Part shown: piece after piece, positions 13,201-24,786 of the stretch
Layout: each line of letters starts with the position of its first letter
Position numbering within the stretch: the stretch's first letter is position 1
Source of the DNA: Oopsacas minuta
Taxonomy: Eukaryota > Animalia > Porifera
Direction: 5' to 3'
DNA length: 64,000 bases
NCBI GenBank assembly: GCA_024704765.1
Contig: JAKMXF010000303.1
Coordinates: forward strand, 62,001-126,000
Notes under the pieces: generated by a model
What the model was told of the DNA's origin: nothing
The model's database searches: none
The model's input: only the letters and a program-made list of their open reading frames with translations
Position numbers and translations under genes: made by a program

Positions 13201-16200
13201 TATTACAAGAGAAGAGTACAGGAGATAAGCTCTGTTCTGAGATAGCTATACTCAGATCCACCAACACTCAACTGAAGAGAAAGCTAATCACAGAAGTAGA
13301 GCACTTCCATCTATCAGAGAATAAACTAGAGAAAACTCGTGGCCTTGTTTCTAAGCTAGAACGTAGCCTAGAGCAGAGGATCATGAGGGGACACTCACAA
13401 CGCGAGGAGTTGGTTACGCTTAGAGAGAATATGCCACACGTGAGAGAGACCGTGGATGGAATACACCAGAATCTAACTACCCTGTCACATGATTTCACTG
13501 ACTACAAATCCATTCAGGAATTAGACAACCCTCTGACAATGACAGGTATAAAATGTACAGAAGAACAGCATCAAGTTACTATTAGTAAACAGGCTCAAGC
13601 TATTACCGAGCTTAGATCTTCCCTAGAACAGATGAGGGAAGCTAATGTATTAGTCCCTACTCATCAAGAATCATTGAGGGAAGTAACCAGGTTGAGGAAG
13701 GGATTAAGAGATGCTAAAGCTGCTCTGTCTGGAAATGATTTAGTGTATGCTCTAATGAATGGAGACATTGTAGAAGAAGAGTTACAGAAACAGCTTAGAA
13801 CCAGGGACGCAGCTCACCTACAGGAGAAACTACTACACGAGAATACAACCAAATGTTTGGAGATAAGCGAGGAGGCTTTCAGACAAATAATAACAGCTGT
13901 GAAGGGATCAATGAAAATACAAATTCCTCTGGAGTGTAGTAACTCACTAGAGAAATTAACTGATACAGAATTAGAATTGGAGCAAGTTAGTAGGACCAGA
14001 CAGATAGAGGCTGTAAGAATACAGCTTAAGATTATGTATGAGAATATGAAGCAGAGTCAGACACTAGTCACAGAGTATCAGAAGGATCAAATAGATGATC
14101 TACGTATGTCTCTAGATGGAGTTAAAGACGAATTACATTCCCAAAGAGAACTGAATCTATCTCTCCAAGCTCAGAGGGATTATTTCAAGACAGAGAATCT
14201 GGTAGTTAAGAAACATCCATCACATAAATGTGGACATACAAAAGAGAGTATAGATAATATGTTAGCAGTAGAGAGGAGGAAGCATAAGGATAAGATGAGA
14301 CGTAAGGATCAGGAAATAGTAGCGCTAAGAGCTACTCTAACACGTCTCAATGATTAGGCTCATATTATATCTCTCATAGTTATACTGATATATAATTTAC
14401 CCTGTACTCCATCCATTACTTTAATTAGAGAAACATTCTGCTTTAAACTATGTGTTACTCGTAACTTAGACGATTACATTTAGTTGTTTTTATAGAATTA
14501 TGATTCGCTTTATAATTGAATTCCTAATCAGACGTGACGGGTACTAGGGTGCATAGTTTCCTCTTTTGTTTGATAACACACAGCTGACCACTTTTTATGT
14601 TCTCTACAGGTAAACCTCCGAAATGCGGCACTATTGGGAGTAGCGCTTGTGCCGGATCTTCAGAGGTTGTCCAGATATAGCAATACCTTATATGAAGGTC
14701 AATCAGTAGAATGTTATTGTGTCGTATCTCGGAGGTGCCGCTTTTATTCTTAATGTAAATAGAATCCATTAAGATTTGGTGGTACAATCCACAATAAAAT
14801 TTTCCATATTTGGCAGAAAAGTTAACATGGGTGAAATTTGATTATGGTAGTTTGGGTATTATAATACAGTTTTGATAAGTCTCACGGATCTAAAGTGAGC
14901 TCACGTATTCGAATACAGTCTCACTTTGACTTTATATTTCTCTGGGTAATTTGAAGTTATAAGAGTGATTCAAAATGAAATTCAGACTAATATACAATAA
15001 TGGTTGCTTGGTTGGTAGAATTCCTATTGGCCATCCGTTTCATTTCAAAAATTTGCGAAATTCAACTGTTCCTAAGGAAATCTCGGAGAGATGTTTATAA
15101 AAGTTGACAACTATGTATTTGTGAAAATCGTTCAACTAGTGCCAAATAGTTTCACAACTACGTACCTTATAAACTGTATACAGGTTATCAAATTACATTT
15201 TTCACAATTTGGATGAAATCCGGACAAAAAGTACTAAAACCCACCATTACAAAATATTTTATGATACGCTAATAAATATAAACACTGCGTATAATTGTGT
15301 GTATTTCTAGTTTCCTGTCAACAGCTAACATTGACTCAGGAGCTGCTCTGTATGACGTCAGACATCCTAATATCCCCTGTATTCAATACAAACTTGGGAC
15401 ATTAGCTCGGAGAAAGGAACACGTGACACACATTACATTCAATAGTTCAGGTAGTCAAGTGCTGGTACAGATACGAGAGCATGACCCCTTGTTATTTGAC
15501 GCGTCATCAGGAGAACCAATCTGTAGGTTCTTCCATTTAGAAATGAAGAATCGAATTTCCAAACACGAACAGAAAGGTTGCTTCTTAGGAATGGAAGATG
15601 AGTATGTTGCTGTAGGGTCTGAAGATTTTAGGATCTATGTTTGGAAAGTACCCCCTCGCTCATCACAATCTCTCAATACATGTTCTAACGAGATGTTAGA
15701 TCTCTGCCATATGCCGCACCTAGTTCTACCAGGACATCGCTCTATCGTGAGCAAGCTGTTGTTCTCTAAGAATAACCAGCTGTTATTCAGTGTAGGAGTA
15801 GAGAAGATGGTCAAGGTAATAACATATACAGTAGAAATCGTTATTTACCATTTAAATGCTTTTTCGGTCAGAATAATAAAATCCGACCCGATTTCAACTG
15901 TAACTATAAGAGCAAATAAATTGAGTGAACCAGAATAATTATTAATAGAGTGGTAATACCGACTAAACAAGATCTGACATTAATGCTCAATACACAAAAT
16001 AGCTGATTAGTAGTATCGTCGTAAAATATCAAATTAGTCATCATCACTTGGACTGAGAGAGAATTCATTGTCACTAGACTGTACCAAATCCTGACTTAAT
16101 TCTACATCCCCGGTATCTTTGTCTTCAGTCTTCATAGGTTCTCCTGTAACCTCAAAATCCAGATATTCATTACCCTCATCTATGTCCGCTTCATCCAGTG

Positions 16201-18716
16201 CATCATCTAATTGCATCATCCTCAGGTCCTGTCTGTCTATCTCCTCCTCTGTCATATCACGATGTGTTACTGCCATGGTAGAGGATAAATCAGTCCTCCT
16301 TCTACCCCTCCTCTTATTCAGTTTTATGCGGGAACTGAGCTCGTTATAGAATATACAGTCATCCTTCATCACGAAGAAATATGAGTCCTCGTAACCTTTG
16401 ACCTTATTTAGAAAGCTCCAGTTATACTCCCGTTCCAATTTATACATGTACTCCTGTCCCTCCAAATAATTCCTCTCTTCTGCTTCATCCTCTTTACGCT
16501 TCTCAATGGTATCAGGAGTAGGTAGGAAGAATGCTATATACTCCTCATTGTCCCTCTCGTCTGTCATAGCACGCATTATAGCTCCAGAGGTGTTAGGTGT
16601 CGCATTAGTCTCCAGCCTAGCCTGGGGATTTGAATCGAATATAACGTGAGTACAAGCTAGGTTCCAGTTACCGAAGTCTGGGAATAATGGGCGGATCCAT
16701 TCCGGTTCCATGTTCTGCTTACTGTAGTGACACTTTATTTCCTCCTTAGCAGCTTCAAAAGTGTTCTCTATAGCAATAATCTGACTGTTCTTATCTTTAT
16801 AAAGATCCATGTGAATAGACTGTCTGTCCCGTCCTCTGCTACCTAGACCTATCTTGTTTTCACTGCTCTCTGCTCCTATGTGTGTAGTACGTGCATACTC
16901 ACTGGATATGTACTCTGTCTTCCTCAACCAGGAGAATGTCTTGGCATGTTGTCGGGCCCGTTTTGACTCAGCAGGGGCAGGGGTCTCCTCTTCAAGTAAC
17001 TCCTCGTCCTTCGGGTCCAGTTGATAAGGGAGGTCGGATTGTGTGTAGATTGCTGGGTCGATGAGATTGATTGGAACTCCCAAATCCACTTCAGTCATGA
17101 GTTCGTGTTTGTGCTTGCTTTCCAGAGAAGTCGTATTGTACTGTACAAATCGGTTCTGCTCGAACGGATACACTAGGAACTTGGGGTCGAATGGAATGTC
17201 AGGGAGGTTGTTAGTGTACTTTACGCTACAAATCAGATCCTGTCTGTTGCTACTCAGTCCGCTGGTGCTACGGCGACCGGATCCACCCGACTTGCTGCTA
17301 CTCCCTCCGTCGCTTCTCACTGAGGACGGCATTTTAAATTGAGCGCTTATTTTGTAAGAGGCTAGAATGATATTTATAAATTATGTTGAATCGTTCACTG
17401 TCAATACCAATCAATATTCTACTACAGTAGGTGCTAGTTATTGTATAAAATGAAATTTTAGTTCAGAGTGGGTATCCCTCAATTTTCCATTAAAAATATA
17501 TTAGATATAGTTATATCATTATTGGTATGCATGGTTAAGATATTTGATATATATGGAGTGATAGATACGTATTCGTATTATTTCAAGGAAACAAGGATGA
17601 TGATGTAATAATTATTCATAATCCAGCAGGTGATAGCTATTGCTCAAGTTTATAATTAGAAGTAATCATAGGGTATTAGTCCAGTTGCTAAGACCCTGTT
17701 AGGTGAATTGCTCATTTTTTTAAGAAAGTGCCATTTTATGTCCAGATATAGCCTATTGTAACCTAATTCGATAGAAGGAGGACCCATTTTTTCGGGGGGC
17801 CGGGTCCCCCAGACACGTGTAACACGACGCCACTGCCCGTGAATAATTCTCAAACGATTTGATGGATTGACTAGGTAGGTCAAAAAAGCAGTACATGATG
17901 CCATCTTACCAGAAAAACAGCTTTCACAATGACTTGAAATCATTTGAGAAAGTTATACAGATTTTTGAATCTTCCCCCAGTGTTCGGACAGACGGACCTT
18001 GGGGGACAATTATTCACGAAATAGGGAAGATCCAGAGTGGGTCCTATGGAGTTAGCATACTATACGCTACATCTGGATTCTGGACCAAAAAATGGCACTC
18101 TCTTTTAAAAAAATGAACAATTTTAAGCTTAGCAGCTGGACTATCTATATATATATATTTCTTGTTTGAGGATATCCATCAGCATATTTTCTCAATAAGA
18201 ATATGCAGTAGAATTCGGTACTACAAATACTTAAGACTTAAGTAAAACAGTAGTACATGTTAACTTGTGTAGGTATGGAGTCCATGGAAACTCCCAAGCA
18301 GTCAAGCACAGAAGCACGTATCTCACGGTCATATAGGTAGACGTCATTATTCTCGCTGGCAGTATATTGAGTTGTTAATGACAAATGGTCGTCTCTCTCC
18401 GCAACTAATCCCCTCAGATCCTCATGAACTGACTCTAGAGGAGGATCCTGTGGTAATCGCATTCTATGACGTTCTAATTGATGATTTCTCTAACAGCAGT
18501 ATGTTCTTCTCTTTCTCTCCTGACGATCTTGAAGTTACAACTCCCTTCAGCAGCTCACAGACAGAAATGGAGACTACTTCCAGTTCGTATATTGATCCAG
18601 ACTCTGACCTGTCAGGAGAATTCTCTACTGATACACCTAATACTACAGATACATCTTCTAGTGGTGGTCATACAGTAGGAGAGGATGAAGATTACTATTA
18701 TGATTCAGATTTTTAA
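10281..18716 (+). CDS. DCAF5: DCAF5-like WD40 protein; exons 10281-10712, 10775-11022, 15311-15815, 18273-18716 (~542 aa)
   Basis: WD40 motifs (GHYSSIQSIRLSPDERLLASGGEDGRLLVWD; GHRSIVSKLLF). The junctions rebuild DCAF5-like text: HPLEP|SFLSTANIDSGAALYDVRHP and GVEKMVK|VWSPW. Exon 4 has LEEDPVVIAFYDVL (cf. VQEDPRMMAFFDSL). All junctions are GT-AG and phase-compatible. Confidence 0.8.
11040..11480. mobile_element. Foldback/TIR element in DCAF5 intron 2, with an internal CAGT-MITE remnant
   Basis: GAAATGTGGAAATTTTGTGCTTAGTAAGCAT (~11076-11106) is inverted at ATGCTTACTAAGCACAAATTTTCACACATTTC (~11395-11426). The interior ends GTTCTTATGACCGGCATCCACTATA like the 59784 family. Ends are approximate. 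Confidence 0.6.
11772..14357 (+). CDS. Single-exon 861-aa coiled-coil protein, FHAD1-like C-terminal region, nested in DCAF5 intron 2
   Basis: Uninterrupted 2.6-kb ORF with E/R/K/L heptad composition. YRQQVRQHSLTIVSLEDKL and HQVTISKQAQAITELRSSL resemble, from memory, conserved FHAD1 segments. No FHA domain is visible. Confidence 0.75.
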   Translation: MSEEESKQTRIWRERAEAAEESEQRVRKDCLFALKENEFLRTLQRQVELSQATLLETQSQLGHALAHENEYKAKHLHLTRDMRELCHEIRIIVSDVLPPNSLDSLLPQDFDPDSLQPYHVKTLIHMLRDAYLKAELRVRNRDAELSEVGENTEEMEAVLCRWSHLLSQISDPPNIHGIHQLTKDFKVKDKLTNSCLREMHVSLSTFLSAMDHGYRIMESELSHLRERVSVCIGEDSVDSAQLGLILTGHYTNKKRQIQELESKIKELKQSRVSEMTGAISALKLEMVEQRSESDRLKEIDMQRELSQKLEEYKSESLCSRRQEEIGHSRKVKELSESVSVAERGSAELRRELESVRIKMKSSEFERNRLSTELEHLQENQRRNEVDGCEERGRAERICGEELDVYRQQVRQHSLTIVSLEDKLVRTVRECDDLRDNLRDSNIRVDEERDSIHREEIESIKRERDRKEGEIMTLRSELLQEKSTGDKLCSEIAILRSTNTQLKRKLITEVEHFHLSENKLEKTRGLVSKLERSLEQRIMRGHSQREELVTLRENMPHVRETVDGIHQNLTTLSHDFTDYKSIQELDNPLTMTGIKCTEEQHQVTISKQAQAITELRSSLEQMREANVLVPTHQESLREVTRLRKGLRDAKAALSGNDLVYALMNGDIVEEELQKQLRTRDAAHLQEKLLHENTTKCLEISEEAFRQIITAVKGSMKIQIPLECSNSLEKLTDTELELEQVSRTRQIEAVRIQLKIMYENMKQSQTLVTEYQKDQIDDLRMSLDGVKDELHSQRELNLSLQAQRDYFKTENLVVKKHPSHKCGHTKESIDNMLAVERRKHKDKMRRKDQEIVALRATLTRLND
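16034..17332 (-). CDS. PAF1: RNA polymerase II-associated factor 1 (432 aa, intronless), antisense in DCAF5 intron 3
   Basis: LICSVKYTNNLPDIPFDPKFLVYPFEQNRFVQY..TSLE..DLGVPINLIDP and WLRKTEYISSE are PAF1 hallmarks; acidic C-terminus. Confidence 0.95.
   Translation of the reverse strand: MPSSVRSDGGSSSKSGGSGRRSTSGLSSNRQDLICSVKYTNNLPDIPFDPKFLVYPFEQNRFVQYNTTSLESKHKHELMTEVDLGVPINLIDPAIYTQSDLPYQLDPKDEELLEEETPAPAESKRARQHAKTFSWLRKTEYISSEYARTTHIGAESSENKIGLGSRGRDRQSIHMDLYKDKNSQIIAIENTFEAAKEEIKCHYSKQNMEPEWIRPLFPDFGNWNLACTHVIFDSNPQARLETNATPNTSGAIMRAMTDERDNEEYIAFFLPTPDTIEKRKEDEAEERNYLEGQEYMYKLEREYNWSFLNKVKGYEDSYFFVMKDDCIFYNELSSRIKLNKRRGRRRTDLSSTMAVTHRDMTEEEIDRQDLRMMQLDDALDEADIDEGNEYLDFEVTGEPMKTEDKDTGDVELSQDLVQSSDNEFSLSPSDDD
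17679..18141. mobile_element. ~460-bp foldback MITE with long imperfect TIRs
   Basis: TA|GTCCAGTTGCTAAG...TTGCTCATTTTTTTAAGAAAGTGCCATTTT matches the reverse complement of AAAATGGCACTCTCTTTTAAAAAAATGAACAA...CTTAGCAGCTGGAC|TA. AATAATTCTC and AATTATTCAC give further internal symmetry. Confidence 0.75.
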
Positions 18717-18945
18717 ATTATATCCGATGAATGAGCTCATTTCAACACTTCATTTCAATACTCTACTCTGCTCTGCATCTCTGGGAGATCCTCTCTCAGG
18801 TCAGTAATCTAATTTGCTTATCACAGTTGAATCAAATTTCTAAAATATTGTATATTAATTAATTAATCCAAATAATAAGCATTTTCTATATTTCAGAATA
18901 AACATCAATCAGTAGAATTAATAGAAAGTTTGTAATTGAGATGCT

Positions 18946-19087
18946 CAGGGCCTCAACCTGGCGACTTTCAAAATCGTGAGATGTAGGCTGGTAGTATTAA
19001 ATTTCTATGAAAAGAAGAAGCATTCTGTAGTAATTGTGACCTGAAGTCGTGCGACTCACGACTAGATCGTGAGAGTTGAGAGCCCTG
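18946..19087. mobile_element. hAT-like MITE
   Basis: CAGGGCCTCAAC...GTTGAGAGCCCTG termini. The TSD is not convincing. Confidence 0.5.
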
Positions 19088-19514
19088 GATACTATGCAAT
19101 GTTGGCAGTATTCTTTTGGTAGACTCTTAAGTATTGGCTAGGCTAATTGTCCGGTGTAACAGTGACTAGTATCCTCATACTCAGAAAATACTGTTCTCTT
19201 GAACTAAACATTATTCCCAACTTTACGAGCAAATTTTGGAATAATTATTATGTAGTTGCGTACGAATCCGCGAGCAATCAAATACTTCACTATATGTACA
19301 ATTTTGGAAGGGGAGGTTAACTCGGACAATTTGAACCGGCATATCGAGCCCCGTTCTTGTCTGTTTATGGCGCTCTTTTCCTCCGGACCCAAAATTACAA
19401 AATATTTACAAATCGACGTATCAAAACATCCCTGACTATTGTTATACTAAATATGTACAGTTTTGGAGAATAGTATATTATAACTAGTGTAAGAAAAGAA
19501 CTAGAACTGAGTAT

Positions 19515-19730
19515 ATGTCAAGCTCTGTCAAACTATTTTCCATCGGTATTGGACTGTTAAGTGGGACTGTATTCGGAATATATCTATCACAGAATTATGA
19601 AGTACCCAAGGTGTTGAATATTGTGAAGGTATTCTCACAAGAAGCTGGAAAGGCTATTGAGAATATAGATAAGGTAGAAGAGATTGCTGATAAATTGAAA
19701 GCTTCAGACTCTGATAAACCGAATAAGTAG
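19515..19730 (+). CDS. STMP1: Short transmembrane mitochondrial protein 1-like (71 aa)
   Basis: GLLSGTVFGIYLSQNYEVPKV matches the STMP1/C7orf73 motif G..VGMYLAQNYDIP. ATG start, one TM helix. Confidence 0.75.
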   Translation: MSSSVKLFSIGIGLLSGTVFGIYLSQNYEVPKVLNIVKVFSQEAGKAIENIDKVEEIADKLKASDSDKPNK

Positions 19731-19963
19731 GAATTATAATTGTATGCTCTTGCTACATTAATTAAATACTATGTCTTATTTTAAGTTTTATTTTTACAGC
19801 TCCAACTGAGAGATACCCGATAAACTGAATTATTCTATCATTCGTGATATTTTAGTTACTAATATTATCTATCCTTATCTATTAGTGTGTATGAGAGGGC
19901 ATATTCTCTTCAGTTTGGGATTTGGTATTTCCAGCAAGACTCAGCACTAATGAATTGTGAGTA

Positions 19964-20030
19964 CAGTGGATGATAGTTATAAGACCACGTATTGCTACTC
20001 ACAAGGGGTTCTTATAACCGGTATCTACTG
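19964..20030. mobile_element. 67-bp CAGT MITE
   Basis: TA|CAGTGGATGATAGTTATAAGACC...GGTTCTTATAACCGGTATCTACTG|TA. Same TIR family as 59784-59947. Confidence 0.7.
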
Positions 20031-20099
20031 TACTAAAGATGGGATCTATCAGTAATGCAAGATAACGATATCAATTCTAAAGATATAAATAATTATAAT

Positions 20100-20900
20100 C
20101 ATTAGACGGACAAATAACTTGTTGTCTGTTGTTGTGCTATGACAGAAAGTTTTATTCTTTTCTCTTCTTGAGTACCTCCTAGCTTCTGTAGTAGAGCTCC
20201 TTCTCGAGAGAATACTTTTATTTTACCAGCTGATTAGCCTCTGTATCGGAGAAACAGAATGAGTAACATCTTCTAGCCTGTGTATTCCTCTTGTAACTAC
20301 AAGTAATGAGAGAATTGTGCTTATCAACAATTAGTGATAATACGTATAGACACAGGTTGTCTACTGAGCTCATAACATATACTTTACCCTCTAACAGCTT
20401 AACGTAATCTAACAAGTAATTGTGTATTGTGTTAGATGAATTGTTTGTGTCGAATTAATAATTATTAGTCATTACTGCTTCTCTCTTGTGATTACAATCT
20501 GCAACAAACACATCCCCGTTAATTAATCCTCCTTTTTTACCAATTCTAAAAAATGGGAAATGAGACACATTGATTGACAATACTCCTTTCCACCAGATTG
20601 ATTGTTATGTTAACCTGTCCCTCACATAATGTAATATTGTATTCTCCTGTAACAAATAATACTCAATGTTATTTACTGTTTTTTTTTTAATCTCTTGACT
20701 ACAACAAGATATCTACATAAGCAGATGTAATATATACCGGCATGTTATGAGATACAGGAATAAGCATGCGAAATTACCTAGCAAACGGTCATTGTATACT
20801 AAATATTTCCACTGTATGCTTCTTCTTTCATATCTTTTTTATTACTTCTTTCACGAATTACATGTTCCCCTTAAGAATTTCTTGGATAGAGACAGCCTCG
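20100..20900 (-). pseudogene. Decayed NHL-repeat (beta-propeller) gene
   Basis: Fragments in different frames read FRIGKKGGLINGDVFVADCNHKR, DYVKLLEGKVYVMSS..LCLYVL and KIKVFSREGALLQKLGG. These are NHL blade motifs broken by stops and frameshifts. Confidence 0.55.
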
Positions 20901-21628
20901 TGTATTTAACAATAGAAGTTATCTAGGTATTTATTTCTATGAGAGAATATCTGTTAAGAAGCCTCGGTCATGATAAACTTGTTTTAGCTCCACATGACAT
21001 TCATCTGAGCTGAGAATGCGAGGCGATGCCGATATGTATATTCAACTATTATTATTAGACGGGAATTCTAATGGGTTTTCCATATGGGAAATCCGATAGA
21101 AAGAAAATCATCCCCATTCCCATGGGAATTCCCATACCCACGCTGGCAACCCTGCATATATAGTAAATCACCCATCTCCCACGAGATAGGTTGGCGATTT
21201 GACAACATCAGTCATCTCCCTTTATCATACATTAGAAAATAATGAATTCAATAAGGTATAATTCATATAGTTTTAATCGCTAGAACAAAATAAAGTAAAG
21301 GAATCAAATATATTTAGGGATTACTTATATGTTGGCGGCCTACATTGTCGGCTAGCCGACAAATAAGGAATTATGGCCGACATATAAGGATTTAGCCGAC
21401 AAATAAGGAATTATGGCCGACATATAAGGATTTAACCAACATATAAGGATAAGGACTATATAAGGATTTATAAGGAACATATAATGATTATAAGGAACAT
21501 ATAATGATTATAAGGAACATATAATGATTATTATAAGGAATGTTATATTGCTACACTAAGAGAAAGTATCTACATATATGTGCATATCTCTAATGACAAC
21601 TATTACACTGTGACAAAGTACCAAATTT

Positions 21629-24600
21629 TCATTTGTTTTTATCTGTATTCCTTTTCTTCGTCCTAACATCGTTAAAGCTCCGTTTCCTTTTATTAGAAGG
21701 GCGCCCTTTGGATCGAACACGTCTAGGATTTAGGATTGTTGCGATACTTGGAATAATTGCTCCACTTTCCTGTGGTATAGGTCTTAGCAATTGGTCCATT
21801 TCAGCTAATTTACCTCTCATAAGCGAAAAAGTTGAATGGTCAAGTGAAGCAGATGAGTAATGTTTTAAATTCTGTTGTTAGCATATCACACCTTTCGTCT
21901 TTCGTTAGGATAGGATTATTTTGATCATTTTCTTGTAATTCTATTGCATTCTGACTACCAATACAGCTGTAGATATTAGAATTGTGATCTGCTTGATTCT
22001 CTATCTATTATGAGACGATACATTAATAGTTGAAAGAACACAAGGACACAACGTTGATAATTTGGCAAGTCATTACGTAATTTTGATATAACCGAGTGCT
22101 GTTGCAATAATATCTGTGCTGTATCGAATGACTACTTACCTTCCAGAAATCAACTATAGCTTTGTCGTGTATATTCGTTATTTTCTCGTGATGATAAACA
22201 ATAAGCATGTGACGACATGGTAAGCCCCATGATGATGGGAATAAGCATATGCAAGATGTCAACGTTGTCTTACGGCTGGACTTAGTAAAAGCCTTCGATA
22301 ACCCGAGGTCCATTGATGTTAATTTCTCCTTGTTGGTACCTCCCGACAATCCTTCTCTTTCAACTAGAATAAAGACAAAATACGTATTTGAATTAGCATA
22401 AATTATTATACGTGCACTCGAACTTCTTATCCGGACTCCGATATCCGGGTACCTCCCTCAACCGGGCACCATTTTTCCAAAAGGATTGAAATTGATTCGA
22501 CCATTTCAATTTTTAGTAAATATTCCTTATAGTAGAGCTGTTTTACTCGTACTTCATATCTAACACGTTTCTTTGTAACTAAAAACCGTCATAACAGCCA
22601 TATCCGTCCATATCGATATTTGTCCTATTGATTATAATTGGATCCAGAGTTGGAATCGGGATCGGGTTTCTCGGGTACGGTTCTGAAAAGTGGACCCGAT
22701 TCCAACTGATTGGCCCTCCCATAGAGTTAATGTTATTTCTCAGATTCGGGCAAATTCTGACTTCCGGACACCCTACGGTCCGGCACTACCCGGATAAGAG
22801 AGGTTCGAGTGTACTATATTATTACAACTTCTTCCTTACCTGACTCTCTGACAATAGAGTTAACTTCATAAATCTTTCCTTCGCCAACGTTAAATATGGC
22901 ATCAACACTATATTGCATGCACTGATCAATTTGTGCCTTTACAATCGCCAGTGCAAATGGTGTTAACTTAAGGTTTCGTTCTATTGGATGTTTAGATGAG
23001 TATGTAGCCATTTTAAGAGCTAACCGGGTTGCACGTCCTTCATTTTGTTCTGAAAGGCTCTTCCTATTTTCATCAATTTTATTCGCGAGATGTGTAAGAA
23101 GAGTATGTGCATTTAAAAACTGTTTGATCGTTGAGTGAATGGATTCTAAACGTTGTGTGGAATGAGCACCCAACGTGAGGTGTTGCCAGGTCCATCGTGA
23201 TGCCCATTGAATTCTCTTGTCATATAATACACGTAAAAAAAGTTGAGCAGAATGGAAAACTTTCTCGTTATTCGAGTTTTGCCTGGATTGAACTAGAGCC
23301 AAAAGTTCTTTCCATTCTTGATCAAAATCATCACGAGATTCTGAATCTTGTTTTTTACATAGATTCCACCATGAATTTAAGAAAGCATTCCAACTTTCGC
23401 ATAAGTTTTCATGTCGGCCACTGAAAAGAGGTTTAATATGTTTGACAATATTTTGGCCAATGTGAAAAGTGCAAAGGAGATGTATAGTGGAAGGGTATAC
23501 ATTTCTGATCGCTGCGGCCATAGCTGGGTCACCGTCTGTAATAATGATTTTGGGTGGATGTCGAAATGGTTTCAGGAATTCACTGAATGCCCAAGTAAAT
23601 GCTTCCTCTGTTTCACGATCAAGTAGTGTACATGCCAGGACTTGAGTATTTCCATGTTTATTGACTGTACAAAAAGCGGCAAACTTAAGGGTATATTTAT
23701 TTGTACCATGGGTGGTATCGAAGAGCACGATGTTAGCTTCAGAATTTTCAACCCAGCGTTCAAAACTATCAGTTAATGTCCAAAAGACTTTACTCATTGA
23801 GCTGTCTTCTGCTGTCTGTATAGCGAAATACAATCCTTTGGTAGATAATTGTTCTTGTAGATAACTGACGAAGTTCGTTGCATCAAAACTTCTTTCTTCA
23901 ACACTTGGCTGAAATTTATTGTACACATCTTGATAAGACCAGTTATTGGAAGATGTTTTTCATGTGCTTTACTTATAAAAACTTGATTAATTTTTGATGC
24001 TGTGAGACCTGCACGTTTAAGCTCAAAGCCGAGGGTATTAAATTCGAATGGTATTTGTCGAAGGGAAGACTCCGCTAGACTAGCGCTATGACTTTCTACT
24101 AAATCGTGATTGTGTACAAAATTTCCTGTAACTACTGCCCAACCTTCAATACATTCTTCTAAACGAATGCTATATGGACAATTACACCTTTGTGTAATGG
24201 TATTTCGTTTTTCATTTGTGAGTTTGCCCTTTTTAGCTCTGTAGCAACTTAAAACCCTCTGCTTGCCTTTTCTAGATGTAGGTGTATAAGTTGAACTCCA
24301 CACTAAGTTAAATCTCCCGCCACCAGTAGCAAGATCCAACGCCCATTCATTTAAATCTAATTTAGATGTCACATGAGATTCCCAAGGTCCTTTGGGCATA
24401 TCATACGGTAGGATAGTAGACCTTGATAGAATCATTGTATCAATTCTTCTTCTGACATCCGTATGGGTTATTGATTCAGAAACACTCTGATTTTCAGAGA
24501 CTTGCTCTGGGTCTACCTGGGAACATTCGTTAGGCGGTGAGTTTGTATCAATAGGATCTGGAAATTTCGAAATTATATATTGACTTTCAGTTGAAGAAAT

Positions 24601-24786
24601 GGGACCAAATGGACCAGTATGATGATCAGGGTCGTAATTATGAAGATAATTGGGGTAGTCAATCATTTCAGTTGGATGTTCGATTTCATTGTATCCAGTT
24701 AGAGAACATGAATTAAAATCGAGGAAATAATTTTGTGAAGCTATAGCTGCAAAATATTCATCTGATTGATCGCTTGGTTCAGCCAT
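21629..24786 (-). pseudogene. MULE (FAR1/MuDR-type) transposase with frameshifts and introns
   Basis: Contains a C..RCNC..HNH DNA-binding domain, DDE core (VLFDTTHGTNKY; IITDGDPAM..LCTFH; STQRLESIHS), SWIM finger (CICLFPSSWGLPCRH) and C-terminal NPRRVRSKGRP. There is a 1-bp frameshift near 23941 and a probable second near 21855. One intron spans 22364-22839. Confidence 0.88.
22415..22811. mobile_element. Tc1/mariner-type MITE nested in the transposase intron
   Basis: CACTCGAACTTCTTATCCGG...CCGGATAAGAGAGGTTCGAGTG|TA terminal inverted repeats. Confidence 0.75.

Noticed and set aside
12518-13498. Minus-strand Ser/Leu-rich ORFs (also 16119, 17061, 28071, 33655, 50626, 51136, 60876)
   Set aside because: Antisense shadows of real coding sequence.
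14524-14790. Possible extra DCAF5 exon at 14610 or a minus-strand 87-aa ORF
   Set aside because: Splicing from the phase-2 donor gives an immediate stop, the motif continues correctly at 15311, and no family is recognisable.
17656-18116. ORFs of 95 and 73 aa
   Set aside because: They lie entirely within the palindromic foldback element.
21340-21545. Short repeats that superficially resemble a CRISPR array
   Set aside because: The units are directly tandem with no unique spacers, they lie in the MULE TIR and subterminal region, and the DNA is eukaryotic with no cas genes.
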